DNA of 64,000 bases from the NCBI GenBank assembly GCA_016840095.1, contig JAEOSZ010000095.1, forward strand, positions 1-64,000, given 5' to 3'. Shown piece after piece: positions 46,809-56,182 of the stretch. Made by a program: the position numbers and the translations under genes. The notes below the pieces were generated by a model, which worked only from the letters and a program-made list of their open reading frames with translations, was not told where the DNA came from and did not search any database. The DNA comes from Candidatus Heimdallarchaeota archaeon. GTDB taxonomy: Archaea; Asgardarchaeota; Heimdallarchaeia; Heimdallarchaeales; Heimdallarchaeaceae. Each line of letters starts with the position of its first letter. Positions within the stretch are counted from its first letter, which is position 1.

Positions 46809-48253
46809 GTAAGATGGAAGCTAAAGATCAAGTTCTTCAGATATTTTTAAAAGAAAATAAGTATATTCTACTAGATAGTTCTACAAGATTGTTTTGGGTT
46901 CTTGAACCAACTAAGATTATACAAGAATTAGCTTCAAAGAAGTTGAGTTTTCGTTCTTTAATTGAGTTACTTGCTAAGAATGACGATTTATATTCAAAGG
47001 ATTTGTATCAGAAACTAATAAAACTCAGAAAGTTTCACTTTTTTAGCTATACAGAAAATAACATTCAAACCCCTCCAAGCACTACACAAACTGATATCAA
47101 TCACATCTACATAAATCCCTCTTCGGATTGCAATCTAGATTGTTGGTTTTGTTATGCCGACAATTTAAGGAAGAGAAAATTACCTAGGCTAGATATTGAA
47201 AACATATTGAAACTAATTCAGTCTGTATTAGATTACAAAGAAAGGATAAATTCAACTACAGCTTTAGGTGTTTCTATTGGTTTTACTGAAGAACTGAACC
47301 TGAATTTTACGATTTTTTTGGAAGTTTCTAAATTTATTGAAAAGATGAAAATTAATTATAATCATCCAATTTTTCTTTTTATTCCTTCATCAAATTTGTT
47401 GGATGTTTCTGATGAATTTATTGAATTTACAAACAATTATAAATTTTTAACAGTCTCCGTTGATATTGATAATGAAATACAAATTAGTCAAGTTATCAAA
47501 AATCTTGGGGAATTCAATAGCGACGTTAAGAAACATCTAATAATACCTTTTCATTCTAGAACAACCAACCTTGTAAAGCTGTATTCTAGATTTTCTGAAC
47601 ATTTCAACTTAATCTCTTTAAGACCAGTTAGAGTTAGTATAGATTCAAAACATCCTTGGAGTCAAGAAAACTTTGAGAATTTTAAAGAAGTAATCTCAAG
47701 ATTCTATCATGATCTCCAAATGCTGAATGATGAAAATCTTCTCTCAATATTTTCTCTTCTTGGTCCTGTAGATTATTTCTATCGTTATTTTAAGCGAATC
47801 ATTGAAAGACAAAAACTTAGTGAAAGATGCACAGCTGGAAAGACAGCTTTTGCCATAAATTCTTTGCTTGAAGTTTCTCCGTGCTCAAGTTTATTTAGTT
47901 GTGAAAAATTGAATGTAAAAATCCATGACTTTCAAGTGGAAAAAGCACTTCAAAGCTTAACGAAAAGATTACCAAATTATAAAGAAACTGAATGTTCAAC
48001 TTGCTACATATCAAGTTTCTGTGGGGGGCCTTGTATGGATTGGCTTGTAAAACAAGAAAATCAAAGGATATCAAATCCGAGCAAAATAGAATGTGATTTC
48101 AATAAGTATATTGTTGAGGAATCTTTGTCTTTCATAACTAATTTATCAGTGAATAGGCAAGCTGTTTTTGAAAAAATTGTAAAAAAAAGAGAACTTAGGA
48201 ATAGGTTGAACTATCCTCTTTCATTCAATAGTTTTTCTGAGTTTTTTAGTTAA
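46802..48253 (+). CDS. Radical SAM/SPASM protein with N-terminal RRE-like region
   Basis: CNLDCWFC; SPASM CTAG...PC...CSTC....FCGGPC....C; N-terminus F....KYILLD.ST. Confidence 0.85.
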   Translation: MLSKMEAKDQVLQIFLKENKYILLDSSTRLFWVLEPTKIIQELASKKLSFRSLIELLAKNDDLYSKDLYQKLIKLRKFHFFSYTENNIQTPPSTTQTDINHIYINPSSDCNLDCWFCYADNLRKRKLPRLDIENILKLIQSVLDYKERINSTTALGVSIGFTEELNLNFTIFLEVSKFIEKMKINYNHPIFLFIPSSNLLDVSDEFIEFTNNYKFLTVSVDIDNEIQISQVIKNLGEFNSDVKKHLIIPFHSRTTNLVKLYSRFSEHFNLISLRPVRVSIDSKHPWSQENFENFKEVISRFYHDLQMLNDENLLSIFSLLGPVDYFYRYFKRIIERQKLSERCTAGKTAFAINSLLEVSPCSSLFSCEKLNVKIHDFQVEKALQSLTKRLPNYKETECSTCYISSFCGGPCMDWLVKQENQRISNPSKIECDFNKYIVEESLSFITNLSVNRQAVFEKIVKKRELRNRLNYPLSFNSFSEFFS

Positions 48254-48254
48254 A

Positions 48255-48671
48255 CTAGGTTAAAGGCCAATCTAATAATGTTGGAAAATCATTTGGAGAG
48301 AATTCTAACCAACCAGCAGCTCTGAATATGATTAGCAAAAGCCAACTGAATGTAAACCAGATTAGCATTGCCCCAAATGTAGCATAAATTGCTCTTCTCT
48401 CTGAAATTCCTCCTCCTATTACCCATAAAATCAAGCATATGAAGAAGATTATTATTCCAAAGGTGATTAGATCTGCAGACCCGAAGAAATCTAAATAACC
48501 TCTAAAAACCCAAACACATGCTGCTACAACACCTAAGATTAAGTTTAACCAAGCCCATTTTCTTACTTCTCTTCTAAACATTATTGTGCACATTATTGCT
48601 GAAGCAAAATAGAAGAGGAGTGTATTGAAAACTATAGCTAGAATTATATGTACAGTAGGATCTAGTGCCAT
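48255..48671 (-). CDS. Small 4-TM membrane protein
   Basis: Four hydrophobic segments. Confidence 0.65.
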   Translation of the reverse strand: MALDPTVHIILAIVFNTLLFYFASAIMCTIMFRREVRKWAWLNLILGVVAACVWVFRGYLDFFGSADLITFGIIIFFICLILWVIGGGISERRAIYATFGAMLIWFTFSWLLLIIFRAAGWLEFSPNDFPTLLDWPLT

Positions 48672-48756
48672 GCTCCATGTAAAAACAGCTTACTAAATAA
48701 GTTTTATTCTAATATGCGTTAAACTTAACAGTTTGCTTTCAATTGTATATTAACAG

Positions 48757-49890
48757 ATGTTTGTTCCACCAAGAAAGCACTTCCATCAGCAATTATGCAA
48801 CATATGCAATCAAGAGAAGACTCTATCTTCTTCACTAGGTATTTGCAAAACATGTCTCATAGAATACGAAATAGATTCAGAGAATTCAGTGATACAAACA
48901 CATGCTCATTCAAGAGAGAAATTTGTACTCCCAATTAATCCACCAAAAGGTGATTCTTTTTCCTGTGATCTTTGCAACCACAATTGCAGTTTTTCTAGCA
49001 ATGACCTTAGTTTTTGTGGTTTAAGATATACAAAGGATGATAAATTTATATCTAGGTCTTCAAAGAACTCTGCAACTCTGGATTTCTACTTTGACCCATT
49101 ACCATGTAATTGTTGTGCAGCTTGGTTTTGCCCAGCTGGTACTGGTAAAGGGTATCCAGAGTATGCTTACAAAGAAGGAAAAGAAACTGGCTATTATAAC
49201 CTTTCAGTCTTCTTCTATGGTTGCTCTTTTAATTGTTTATTCTGCCAAAATAAAAGTCATAAGAATGTAAGGATTGCTTCTAAAGTATCAGTAGAAAGAC
49301 TTAGTACATCTTTTAAAAACAATAAGAAAGTTTCTTGCGTTTGTTTCTTTGGTGGATCTCCTGAACCACAATTCGTTTATGCTTTAGAAGTGTCAAAGAG
49401 AATTCTAGAAATTGCAAAACAGGAGAAAAGAATAGTTAGAATCTGCTGGGAATGGAATGGTTTTGGCAATCAAAAATATATAGAAAAAGCTGTTCAAATA
49501 TCTTTGCAATCAGGTGGCAACATTAAATTTGATTTGAAAGCATGGTCTCCTCAAATTCACAAAGCACTAACAGGTGTAAATAATAAGAAGGTACTTGAAA
49601 ATTTTGAATATGTAGCTAAGAATTTTTTTGAAAAACGTCCTGAACTACCCGTTCTTAATGCAACTACACTTCTGGTTCCAGGATATATTGATGAGTATGA
49701 AGTGGAAAAAATAGCTTCTTTCATTGCAGAACTTGATCCAAATATTCCATACTCACTTCTAGGTTTTTACCCTCATTTCGAGTTTTCGGATTTACCATTA
49801 ACTACTCGAGCTATAGCAGAAAGATCTTTAGAAATTGCATCTAGTTATTTGAACAATGTCAATATTGGAAATAAACATCTACTTCTTTAG
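48757..49890 (+). CDS. Radical SAM protein, PFL-activase/AmmeMemoRadiSam-like, Cys-rich N-terminus
   Basis: GCSFNCLFCQN, FFGGSPEP, KFDLKA, TLLVPG, PY.LL.F.P. Confidence 0.9.
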   Translation: MFVPPRKHFHQQLCNICNQEKTLSSSLGICKTCLIEYEIDSENSVIQTHAHSREKFVLPINPPKGDSFSCDLCNHNCSFSSNDLSFCGLRYTKDDKFISRSSKNSATLDFYFDPLPCNCCAAWFCPAGTGKGYPEYAYKEGKETGYYNLSVFFYGCSFNCLFCQNKSHKNVRIASKVSVERLSTSFKNNKKVSCVCFFGGSPEPQFVYALEVSKRILEIAKQEKRIVRICWEWNGFGNQKYIEKAVQISLQSGGNIKFDLKAWSPQIHKALTGVNNKKVLENFEYVAKNFFEKRPELPVLNATTLLVPGYIDEYEVEKIASFIAELDPNIPYSLLGFYPHFEFSDLPLTTRAIAERSLEIASSYLNNVNIGNKHLLL

Positions 49891-49897
49891 CTAAAAA

Positions 49898-50599
49898 TTG
49901 GAATTCTTTTTATACTTAGAACCATTAAGAATAATGATGAAATTTTCATTGAAATTTTGTTTCTTCTTAATTTCAATATTCTTGTTCATCTCTGCGTCTC
50001 AAATTCAATCCTCTTTACCAGAAATTAAAGAAGTTGATATAATTCAAACTAGAATTACCGAAATAAGCTGGCCCTTTGAATCAGAAGTAGAAAGTGATTG
50101 GACTATATTTAGTTGTGACATAACTTTTGAAATTATGAATAATAACTCTGGATTTTATGTCCACGTTGGAGGATTGCCATACTTCATTCCTAGAATAAAC
50201 GCTAGTTTCGTAGAAACATCATTAGATGTTGGTATAAGTTACGTCTTCGTTACAATCTCTACAGATATTCTGATTAAGGAAGGCATAGAGAAGAGGAAAA
50301 CTGGTTTGTCTTTTTATATCTTCAACTATAGAAACTCCACACTAGCATTGGGTAACTATACAATATGGTATGGTGTTAGAAGTGAACCATTTGATTTTGA
50401 GTTGGATCCTTTTTATACTATAATAAATGTAACAGAGAATAAAGTGTTAATAACTCATCAAGGTACAAACGAAACTGTTACTTATCCAGAGGAAGAAACT
50501 CCAAGTACGACAAGTAGCTTTCTATCATTCTCGTCGCTTCTTTTATTAAATTGTTTAGTGATTTTTAGGAAGAGAAACAAATCTAGAAATTTAACTTAA
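49898..50599 (+). CDS. Secreted protein with C-terminal TM anchor
   Basis: Hydrophobic N-terminus, N-glycosylation sequons, S/T linker, TM helix and RKRNK tail. Start probably at an internal ATG. Confidence 0.6.
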   Translation: MEFFLYLEPLRIMMKFSLKFCFFLISIFLFISASQIQSSLPEIKEVDIIQTRITEISWPFESEVESDWTIFSCDITFEIMNNNSGFYVHVGGLPYFIPRINASFVETSLDVGISYVFVTISTDILIKEGIEKRKTGLSFYIFNYRNSTLALGNYTIWYGVRSEPFDFELDPFYTIINVTENKVLITHQGTNETVTYPEEETPSTTSSFLSFSSLLLLNCLVIFRKRNKSRNLT

Positions 50600-50969
50600 G
50601 AAAATGACTTTCGCAATGACTCATACAGTCACTGTTTCCGAAATCTATTACAGGAGATGTATCAACTAATTTACTCAGCACTTTGTAAATTTCACATTCT
50701 GTTTTCTTGTTAATAGAAATAGCAATTCCAATAATTTCACAGGATTGATGCATAGTAATTTGATCAATATGCCAGTGTTTTTTCTTTAGTCTTCTTAGAT
50801 GACGATGAATTCGTGAGGATAACCCTCCAGCTCCAAAAGCACTACCTACATAGAAGTAGAATCCTTTATTTAAAGTTTTTAATTCACTATGTATATTGAT
50901 AGTAATTTCTTCAGAGGTGTATAGAAAGAGAATATATGTACCCTTTAAATCTTGAGTAAACTCTATCAG
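50583..50969 (-). CDS. GIY-YIG (Uri superfamily, DUF123) nuclease-family protein; not in ORF track
   Basis: Manual translation: KGTYILFL...GFYFYVGSAFGAGGLSSRIHRHLRRLKKKHWHIDQI...EC...FGNSDCMSHCESHFL*. Stop TAG at 50585-50583; start placed tentatively at CTG 50969. Confidence 0.85.
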   Translation of the reverse strand: MIEFTQDLKGTYILFLYTSEEITINIHSELKTLNKGFYFYVGSAFGAGGLSSRIHRHLRRLKKKHWHIDQITMHQSCEIIGIAISINKKTECEIYKVLSKLVDTSPVIDFGNSDCMSHCESHFLKLNF

Positions 50970-50986
50970 GGGTCCTGTGAAAATAC

Positions 50987-52021
50987 TTATCCCTCTTCCA
51001 AATCTGTTGCTTTTTCCCAGTATTCAAGTGTTTTTTCTTCATCTCCAAGATCTTCAGAAATATCTCCAAGCATTCTATAGATTCTTGCTTCATTCTTATT
51101 ATGTCGTAATGCATCTTCTAGATATAAGATAGCCTTATCATAGTCTTTTGAAGCCCATGATAGAGATGCAAGTGACACTGATGCTTCAAGGAAAGCAGGA
51201 TCTCTACTCAAACACTCCTCATAGTATCTAATAGCTTCTTCGATATTTGCTATGGAAGCATAAATATTTGCCAAATTGAAGAATCCTAGAACATTATCTG
51301 GATCAAGTTCAATCACTTTTGAAAACGCATCTATTGCTTGGATGAAATCTTGTTTTGCTTCCTGGGTTTTTCCAAGATAAAACCATGCTTGAAGATTCTC
51401 ATCATTAATCTTTGAAACGGTTTGGAAATAATCTTCAGCTCTATCATAGTTATCTAGTTCGAGATAAGTTTCTCCTATTTGCATGAGAATTTTTTCATTT
51501 GTTGGATCAAGTTGTTCTGCTTTCATTAAATTATTCCAACTCTCAATTTCATTTCCCATTTTCTTGAAAATAACAGATAATAGACTGTAAACCTCTATAT
51601 TTTCTTCATATTCAATGAAATTTGAGAAAGCTCTAGTAGCACCAGCATACTCTCCAATCTCATAATATAAATGACCTATCTTATTCCATAGAAGGTATTT
51701 CTTAGGATCTAACTCACATACTTTCTTCCAGGAAATTAGTGCTTGATTCCAGTTCTTTAAGTTATGATAAACGTCTCCTAGAAGTTCCAATGTTTCAAGA
51801 TTTTCAGAGTCAATTTCAATTGATTTATTAAGATAATTAAGTGCTAAATCTGGTTTATGTATTAAATAGTAGATTTTAGCAATAAAATTTAGAAAAGTAA
51901 TCTCATTTTCATAATACTGTACTTGTTTCTCTAAAAGGTCTATAGCTTCCTCTATTTTGCTTTCTTCTATCAAACGTTCTGCTTCTGTTAGTATTGCAGA
52001 TAAATCATTTTCTTCAAACAT
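50987..52021 (-). CDS. TPR-repeat protein
   Basis: About 9 canonical TPR units (AWFYLG...AIDAFSKVIELDP). Confidence 0.92.
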   Translation of the reverse strand: MFEENDLSAILTEAERLIEESKIEEAIDLLEKQVQYYENEITFLNFIAKIYYLIHKPDLALNYLNKSIEIDSENLETLELLGDVYHNLKNWNQALISWKKVCELDPKKYLLWNKIGHLYYEIGEYAGATRAFSNFIEYEENIEVYSLLSVIFKKMGNEIESWNNLMKAEQLDPTNEKILMQIGETYLELDNYDRAEDYFQTVSKINDENLQAWFYLGKTQEAKQDFIQAIDAFSKVIELDPDNVLGFFNLANIYASIANIEEAIRYYEECLSRDPAFLEASVSLASLSWASKDYDKAILYLEDALRHNKNEARIYRMLGDISEDLGDEEKTLEYWEKATDLEEG

Positions 52022-52125
52022 TAATATCCAAACAGAAATCTTTCCTTAAGAACATTACGAAATAATGTTAATTCTAAAGGAAAGTAAAGAAAATTTTAAG
52101 TTAAACGTTAGAATTAGTATAGTAG

Positions 52126-53022
52126 ATGTTTCAGGTTATTGTAAGAAGAGATGATAAATTTGGATATCAAATCTTAAAATCAGATGTTCCTAAAGAACTA
52201 TCAAAAGATTCAATTGTCTACATGCCTGAATTATCTACAAAACAGCAACCCCATATAAAATATAGCTCTAAATATACTCATACAACTGGGCACGTAATAA
52301 TAAAACTAGTTAGAAGTGATGGTGATGATCCATTTGGAAGACCAAAATCACTAGCTCATAGTTTAGTAATACCTTCTGAAGAATATAACTTGAATTCTCT
52401 TCTGTATTATACTTCTCCACTATACCAGACACAATTATTCGATAATATTGAAGTAGATCAAGAAATGTTATCTCAGAATATTTTTAAGAGCAGCGAAAAC
52501 GAAATTCTTGAAAAAGTTGGTATATCTCAACTCAGAGAGATAATTGTGGCTGCAATGACAGAACAAAAAGTCACTATATTGCCAAATTTAGATGAAAAAG
52601 GGATTTTTGAGCTTTTCAGCTTAATTGATAAGTCAATACCTTTTGAAGCATCATATGATTTTTCTCTTATTAGTTACTCTGATAGAAGTTGCAACAAATT
52701 CCTTGTTCATAACATTGTTTACTTATTGGGAAAAGAACAAAAAATAAGGAGTATTGTAAGTTTAAAGAATGTAAGTACTAAAGTTCGAAAAATAGCTAAA
52801 GAAGAAGCGACATATTTAGACAACTTCATTGAAATGATTGTTCAAGAAAATTACGAAGAACTACTAGAAGAACACGCAAAATGGATAATAGGAAAGTATC
52901 ATAACGATCATAAAGATTTACAAAAGATGTTTACAAGAAGATATCAATTAGATATGCCTTTTTCAAGAAGAAACAAATTTCATGCACGACTTGTTCAATC
53001 TTTATCCAGTTATGAAAACTAA
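52126..53022 (+). CDS. Hypothetical, DENN-like / GAP1-N2-like
   Basis: GDDPFGRPKSLAHSLVIP; IIVAAMTEQKVTIL...LFSLIDKSIPFE. Confidence 0.4.
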   Translation: MFQVIVRRDDKFGYQILKSDVPKELSKDSIVYMPELSTKQQPHIKYSSKYTHTTGHVIIKLVRSDGDDPFGRPKSLAHSLVIPSEEYNLNSLLYYTSPLYQTQLFDNIEVDQEMLSQNIFKSSENEILEKVGISQLREIIVAAMTEQKVTILPNLDEKGIFELFSLIDKSIPFEASYDFSLISYSDRSCNKFLVHNIVYLLGKEQKIRSIVSLKNVSTKVRKIAKEEATYLDNFIEMIVQENYEELLEEHAKWIIGKYHNDHKDLQKMFTRRYQLDMPFSRRNKFHARLVQSLSSYEN

Positions 53023-53084
53023 CAAATATAAAATAAAAGAAAAAGTCAAGAATTTGATTCTAACAGTTAGTAGATTTTGATTTA

Positions 53085-53501
53085 TCAACTTGAATACTTG
53101 GCACGTACTACTTCAAATACTTCCTTGCATTTTTCTTCAGTTAAGTTAGAAATTGCACATTCCATATTCTCAGAAATTCTATTTATGAGTTCTTTTAGTT
53201 TAGTTTTGAGCTCTTCAACTGATAAACTTGAATATAGGTATTTGAAACCACCTCTTTCAAGATTTATTTTTGTTTTTCTGACAATCCCAATTCCAATTAA
53301 TCTTTGAATTGATCTTGAAATTGTAGCTCTATCCTTCGGAATAATATCAGTTATTGTTTTGATATCAGCGGGTTGCATGTTTTTTATACACATCATGATT
53401 TCAATTTCATTTTCAGAGAGTGCATAAGCTGCTTTTATGATATCAAAGCAAGTGACATCTTTAGAATCAAAAGAAGAAAGAGGAAAGGACATTTTAATCA
53501 A
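53085..53501 (-). CDS. TrmB-like wHTH transcriptional regulator
   Basis: C.DII...Y.LS..E; KDRATISRSIQRL...GIV.K....L.RGGFKYLY. Confidence 0.85.
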   Translation of the reverse strand: MIKMSFPLSSFDSKDVTCFDIIKAAYALSENEIEIMMCIKNMQPADIKTITDIIPKDRATISRSIQRLIGIGIVRKTKINLERGGFKYLYSSLSVEELKTKLKELINRISENMECAISNLTEEKCKEVFEVVRAKYSS

Positions 53502-53502
53502 C

Positions 53503-53871
53503 TCAGAAACAGTAGTTTAAGTCGGCCTCTAAAGACTCTGTAATAGCGTACATTCCACCAACTATGTCGTCGACTTCATCTATGAAATCTTCACGTGTTA
53601 ATCCATATCTTTCCAGAGTAGGACTACAGACAAAAATCTTAACTCCAAATTCCTTTACTTCTTGAATCATCTCTAAGAATGATTTCTTACCTACACCAGG
53701 TGTAATTCTTTCTGCGTTTCCTTTTTTGAGAAGCAGACCACCCGACATGGTATAAACCATCTGAACATCAGCATCTAGTGCAGCAGATAATGTTGCTAAA
53801 TGAAGAGGGGTTTCTAACCTATCAGGATAGTCCTCTCCAAATGTTACCATTATCATGATTTTGTGTGACAT
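53503..53871 (-). CDS. DsrE-family sulfur relay protein
   Basis: T.G...P.R...PL.LA..SAALD, GV.IFVC, ID.V..IVG. Confidence 0.85.
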   Translation of the reverse strand: MSHKIMIMVTFGEDYPDRLETPLHLATLSAALDADVQMVYTMSGGLLLKKGNAERITPGVGKKSFLEMIQEVKEFGVKIFVCSPTLERYGLTREDFIDEVDDIVGGMYAITESLEADLNYCF

Positions 53872-53883
53872 GTTGAATCTCCC

Positions 53884-54357
53884 CTAGATATAGAGTGTGA
53901 TTTCTGCTTTAGATGCGAATTCTAAGAAAGTTGCTGCACCACCAGGTGTACAATCTTCAATAAGATCCTTATCTTTAATTTTCATAACTGCTTTTGTCAT
54001 TTCACAAGCTATTAGTTGTACTCCAGATTCTATGGCTATATCCATTAGCTCTTGAAGAGTAGCTACATTTGCTTTCTTCATCCAACTCTTCATCATTTTG
54101 GTTGCCATACCTGTCATTCCAGGTAACATTCCAACGATTTGAGGGATTGGCATTGGCATTGCAGTTTCTCCAGCAGGAGTGATTTTTATTTTCTTTAATT
54201 TCTTCTTCTTCAGTAGGTTCAAACCGAAGAAAGTGAAGAAGATTCCTACTTCATAATCCATAGCTGCAGCTGTTGTAGCCAATAGTAATGGTGGATATGC
54301 TCCAGGTATATCAGCTTTTGAAGCTATTATAGCTAATCTTTTCTTTTTTTCAGACAT
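53884..54357 (-). CDS. DsrE2 (DrsE-like) family protein
   Basis: AYPPL.LA.TAAAM..EV.IFFTFFGL, IACEMT, GGAATFL. Confidence 0.9.
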   Translation of the reverse strand: MSEKKKRLAIIASKADIPGAYPPLLLATTAAAMDYEVGIFFTFFGLNLLKKKKLKKIKITPAGETAMPMPIPQIVGMLPGMTGMATKMMKSWMKKANVATLQELMDIAIESGVQLIACEMTKAVMKIKDKDLIEDCTPGGAATFLEFASKAEITLYI

Positions 54358-54370
54358 ATTTATTCCTCGT

Positions 54371-54619
54371 TTATTTTGTTTTTTTAATTACATAACGAAA
54401 TATTCCGTTATCAACGGATTGATCCGCTAATTCGTGTCCAGTTGAATTGGTCCATGCTTTGAAATCTGCAACAGATCCTGGATCAGTAGCAACAACTTCT
54501 AGGTACTCCCCAACTGCTATTTCTCCAATTGCTTTCTTTGTTCTTAAAATTGGGAGAGGACAACTTAGATTTTTTGCGTCAAGTGTTTTTGCGATTTTTA
54601 TATCAGACATTTTTTTCAC
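54371..54619 (-). CDS. tusA: TusA/SirA sulfurtransferase
   Basis: LDAKNLSCPLPIL, TDPGS..DF..W...GH. Confidence 0.92.
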   Translation of the reverse strand: MKKMSDIKIAKTLDAKNLSCPLPILRTKKAIGEIAVGEYLEVVATDPGSVADFKAWTNSTGHELADQSVDNGIFRYVIKKTK

Positions 54620-54620
54620 C

Positions 54621-55763
54621 TTACAAATAGCCCTTAATTAGAGCCTTGAAATAAACAATTTTGAATGCTTTCTTGAATAATCCATATAGAAATAAGTTGT
54701 GTAAACCAAATTTTCTAGGAGCATAGTTATAACTAAATACCAATAACATTGATCTGCGGAATGAAGTGACTACAAAACAAACAGTAAAACCTCCGTATTT
54801 CTTAGTAGGTTCCTTTCCTTTCATTTCAAGTAGAATGTTTTTTATCAGCGCAGGAGCTGAAAAATGAGCAGCTGCTCCAGATTTTGAAATTGGCATATCA
54901 GTGCAATCACCTATTGCATACATACTTTTCTGATCTTTTACTTTTAGTGTAAACTTATCAGTACGAACAAATCCTTCGCGATCTCCTATACCTGCATCGA
55001 AAATTACTTTGTGCCCAACATGAGGTGGAATTAAGACTAATAAATCGTATTCTATCTCTTCTCCTTCTAGAGAAATAATTTTTTGATTTTCTTTATCAAC
55101 TTCTTCATAGTTGAAGAATTCAACAAATTCTATCCCTCGTTTGTCAAAGAGTTTTTGAACTTTTTCAGAGACTCTTGCTTCTGGATATGGTCGCATTAGT
55201 GGATAGAGATATTTAATTGTGGTCTTATCACGTAGTTTGATCTTCCTTAGGTAAGTGTCAAGTAAAAAGGTAAATTCAGCAGGTGCGGGAGGGCATTTGT
55301 ATGGTACTGTTGATGGAGAAATTACAATAGTTCCACCTTTGAAGTTCTTAAGTGCATCTTGGAATTTCTTTGTAGCATCAGCTAGATAGAAATGATGAAT
55401 TTTATCATCTTCATAAGAATCAACTTGCTCTTCATCCATTTTAGCTCCTGTTGCTAAGACTAAGTAGTCATAAAGTAGGGTTTCTCCATTAGATAAGGCA
55501 ATCTGTTTCTTTTCAGAATCAATATTTGTTGCAACTGTTCTCAGCCAAGTAGCTTTACCACTAAGGACTTTGTTCATTGGTTTAGTAAACTTAGATTGAG
55601 GATATTTCTTAAAACCCCAAAAAACGTATTGAGGTTCATAAATGTTGAATTCGTTGGGTTCAATTAAGATTACTTTGGCATCTTTTCTACGTAGTTTCCT
55701 AGCTAATTTATTAGCTACTGTAATTCCTGCAAAACCTCCACCAACAATGACTATATTTTTCAT
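54621..55763 (-). CDS. Sulfide:quinone oxidoreductase-like flavoprotein (SQR/FCSD family)
   Basis: VGGGFAG, YDYLVLATG, YKCPPAP.E, IPPH, IGD.TD.P.SKSG..AH, Y.G...CF. Confidence 0.88.
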   Translation of the reverse strand: MKNIVIVGGGFAGITVANKLARKLRRKDAKVILIEPNEFNIYEPQYVFWGFKKYPQSKFTKPMNKVLSGKATWLRTVATNIDSEKKQIALSNGETLLYDYLVLATGAKMDEEQVDSYEDDKIHHFYLADATKKFQDALKNFKGGTIVISPSTVPYKCPPAPAEFTFLLDTYLRKIKLRDKTTIKYLYPLMRPYPEARVSEKVQKLFDKRGIEFVEFFNYEEVDKENQKIISLEGEEIEYDLLVLIPPHVGHKVIFDAGIGDREGFVRTDKFTLKVKDQKSMYAIGDCTDMPISKSGAAAHFSAPALIKNILLEMKGKEPTKKYGGFTVCFVVTSFRRSMLLVFSYNYAPRKFGLHNLFLYGLFKKAFKIVYFKALIKGYL

Positions 55764-55774
55764 AATCTAATCCT

Positions 55775-56014
55775 CTAGTGTAATTTCTTGACAATGTATT
55801 TGTCGTGATCTTCTAAGTTGATGATTTCAACTAATTCATGCTTTGCTTTCTTTATCCAAGCAGGAACATCATTACGTGTTCCTTCATCAGAACTAAGAAG
55901 AGCTAATAATTCACCAACTTCAGCTTGACGAATCATTTTAATCAATTCCATCATTGGTCCAGGACAAAAACTTCCCCTGGCATCTATTTCTATAGCGATT
56001 TCATACTCTGTCAT
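55775..56014 (-). CDS. tusA: TusA/SirA sulfurtransferase (second copy)
   Basis: IDARGSFCPGPMMELI, D.GT..DVP.W....H. Confidence 0.9.
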   Translation of the reverse strand: MTEYEIAIEIDARGSFCPGPMMELIKMIRQAEVGELLALLSSDEGTRNDVPAWIKKAKHELVEIINLEDHDKYIVKKLH

Positions 56015-56074
56015 ACATTCACCAATTGTTTCCGATTATGACATTCATCTGCACAACCGTTTTTAAGCCTTTGG

Positions 56075-56088
56075 ATTTGTATACAAAT
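56075..56088. promoter_or_regulatory. Perfect 14-bp palindrome ATTTGTATACAAAT, candidate operator upstream of the sulfur operon
   Basis: Self-complementary; lies just upstream (minus-strand sense) of a TTAAAAA TATA-like box at about 56060-56066. Confidence 0.45.
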
Positions 56089-56182
56089 ATACTATTGTAC
56101 TCTGGAGTACTTGTTCGTTCTACAATAAGTAAATCTGTTGAACTAGTGATATTTATTAATAGTTAGTATACTTTATTGAATA

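Noticed and set aside
50583-50969. GIY-YIG gene as a homing endonuclease or mobile element
   Set aside because: DUF123 type is a short stand-alone archaeal family; no intron, intein, terminal repeats or transposase nearby.
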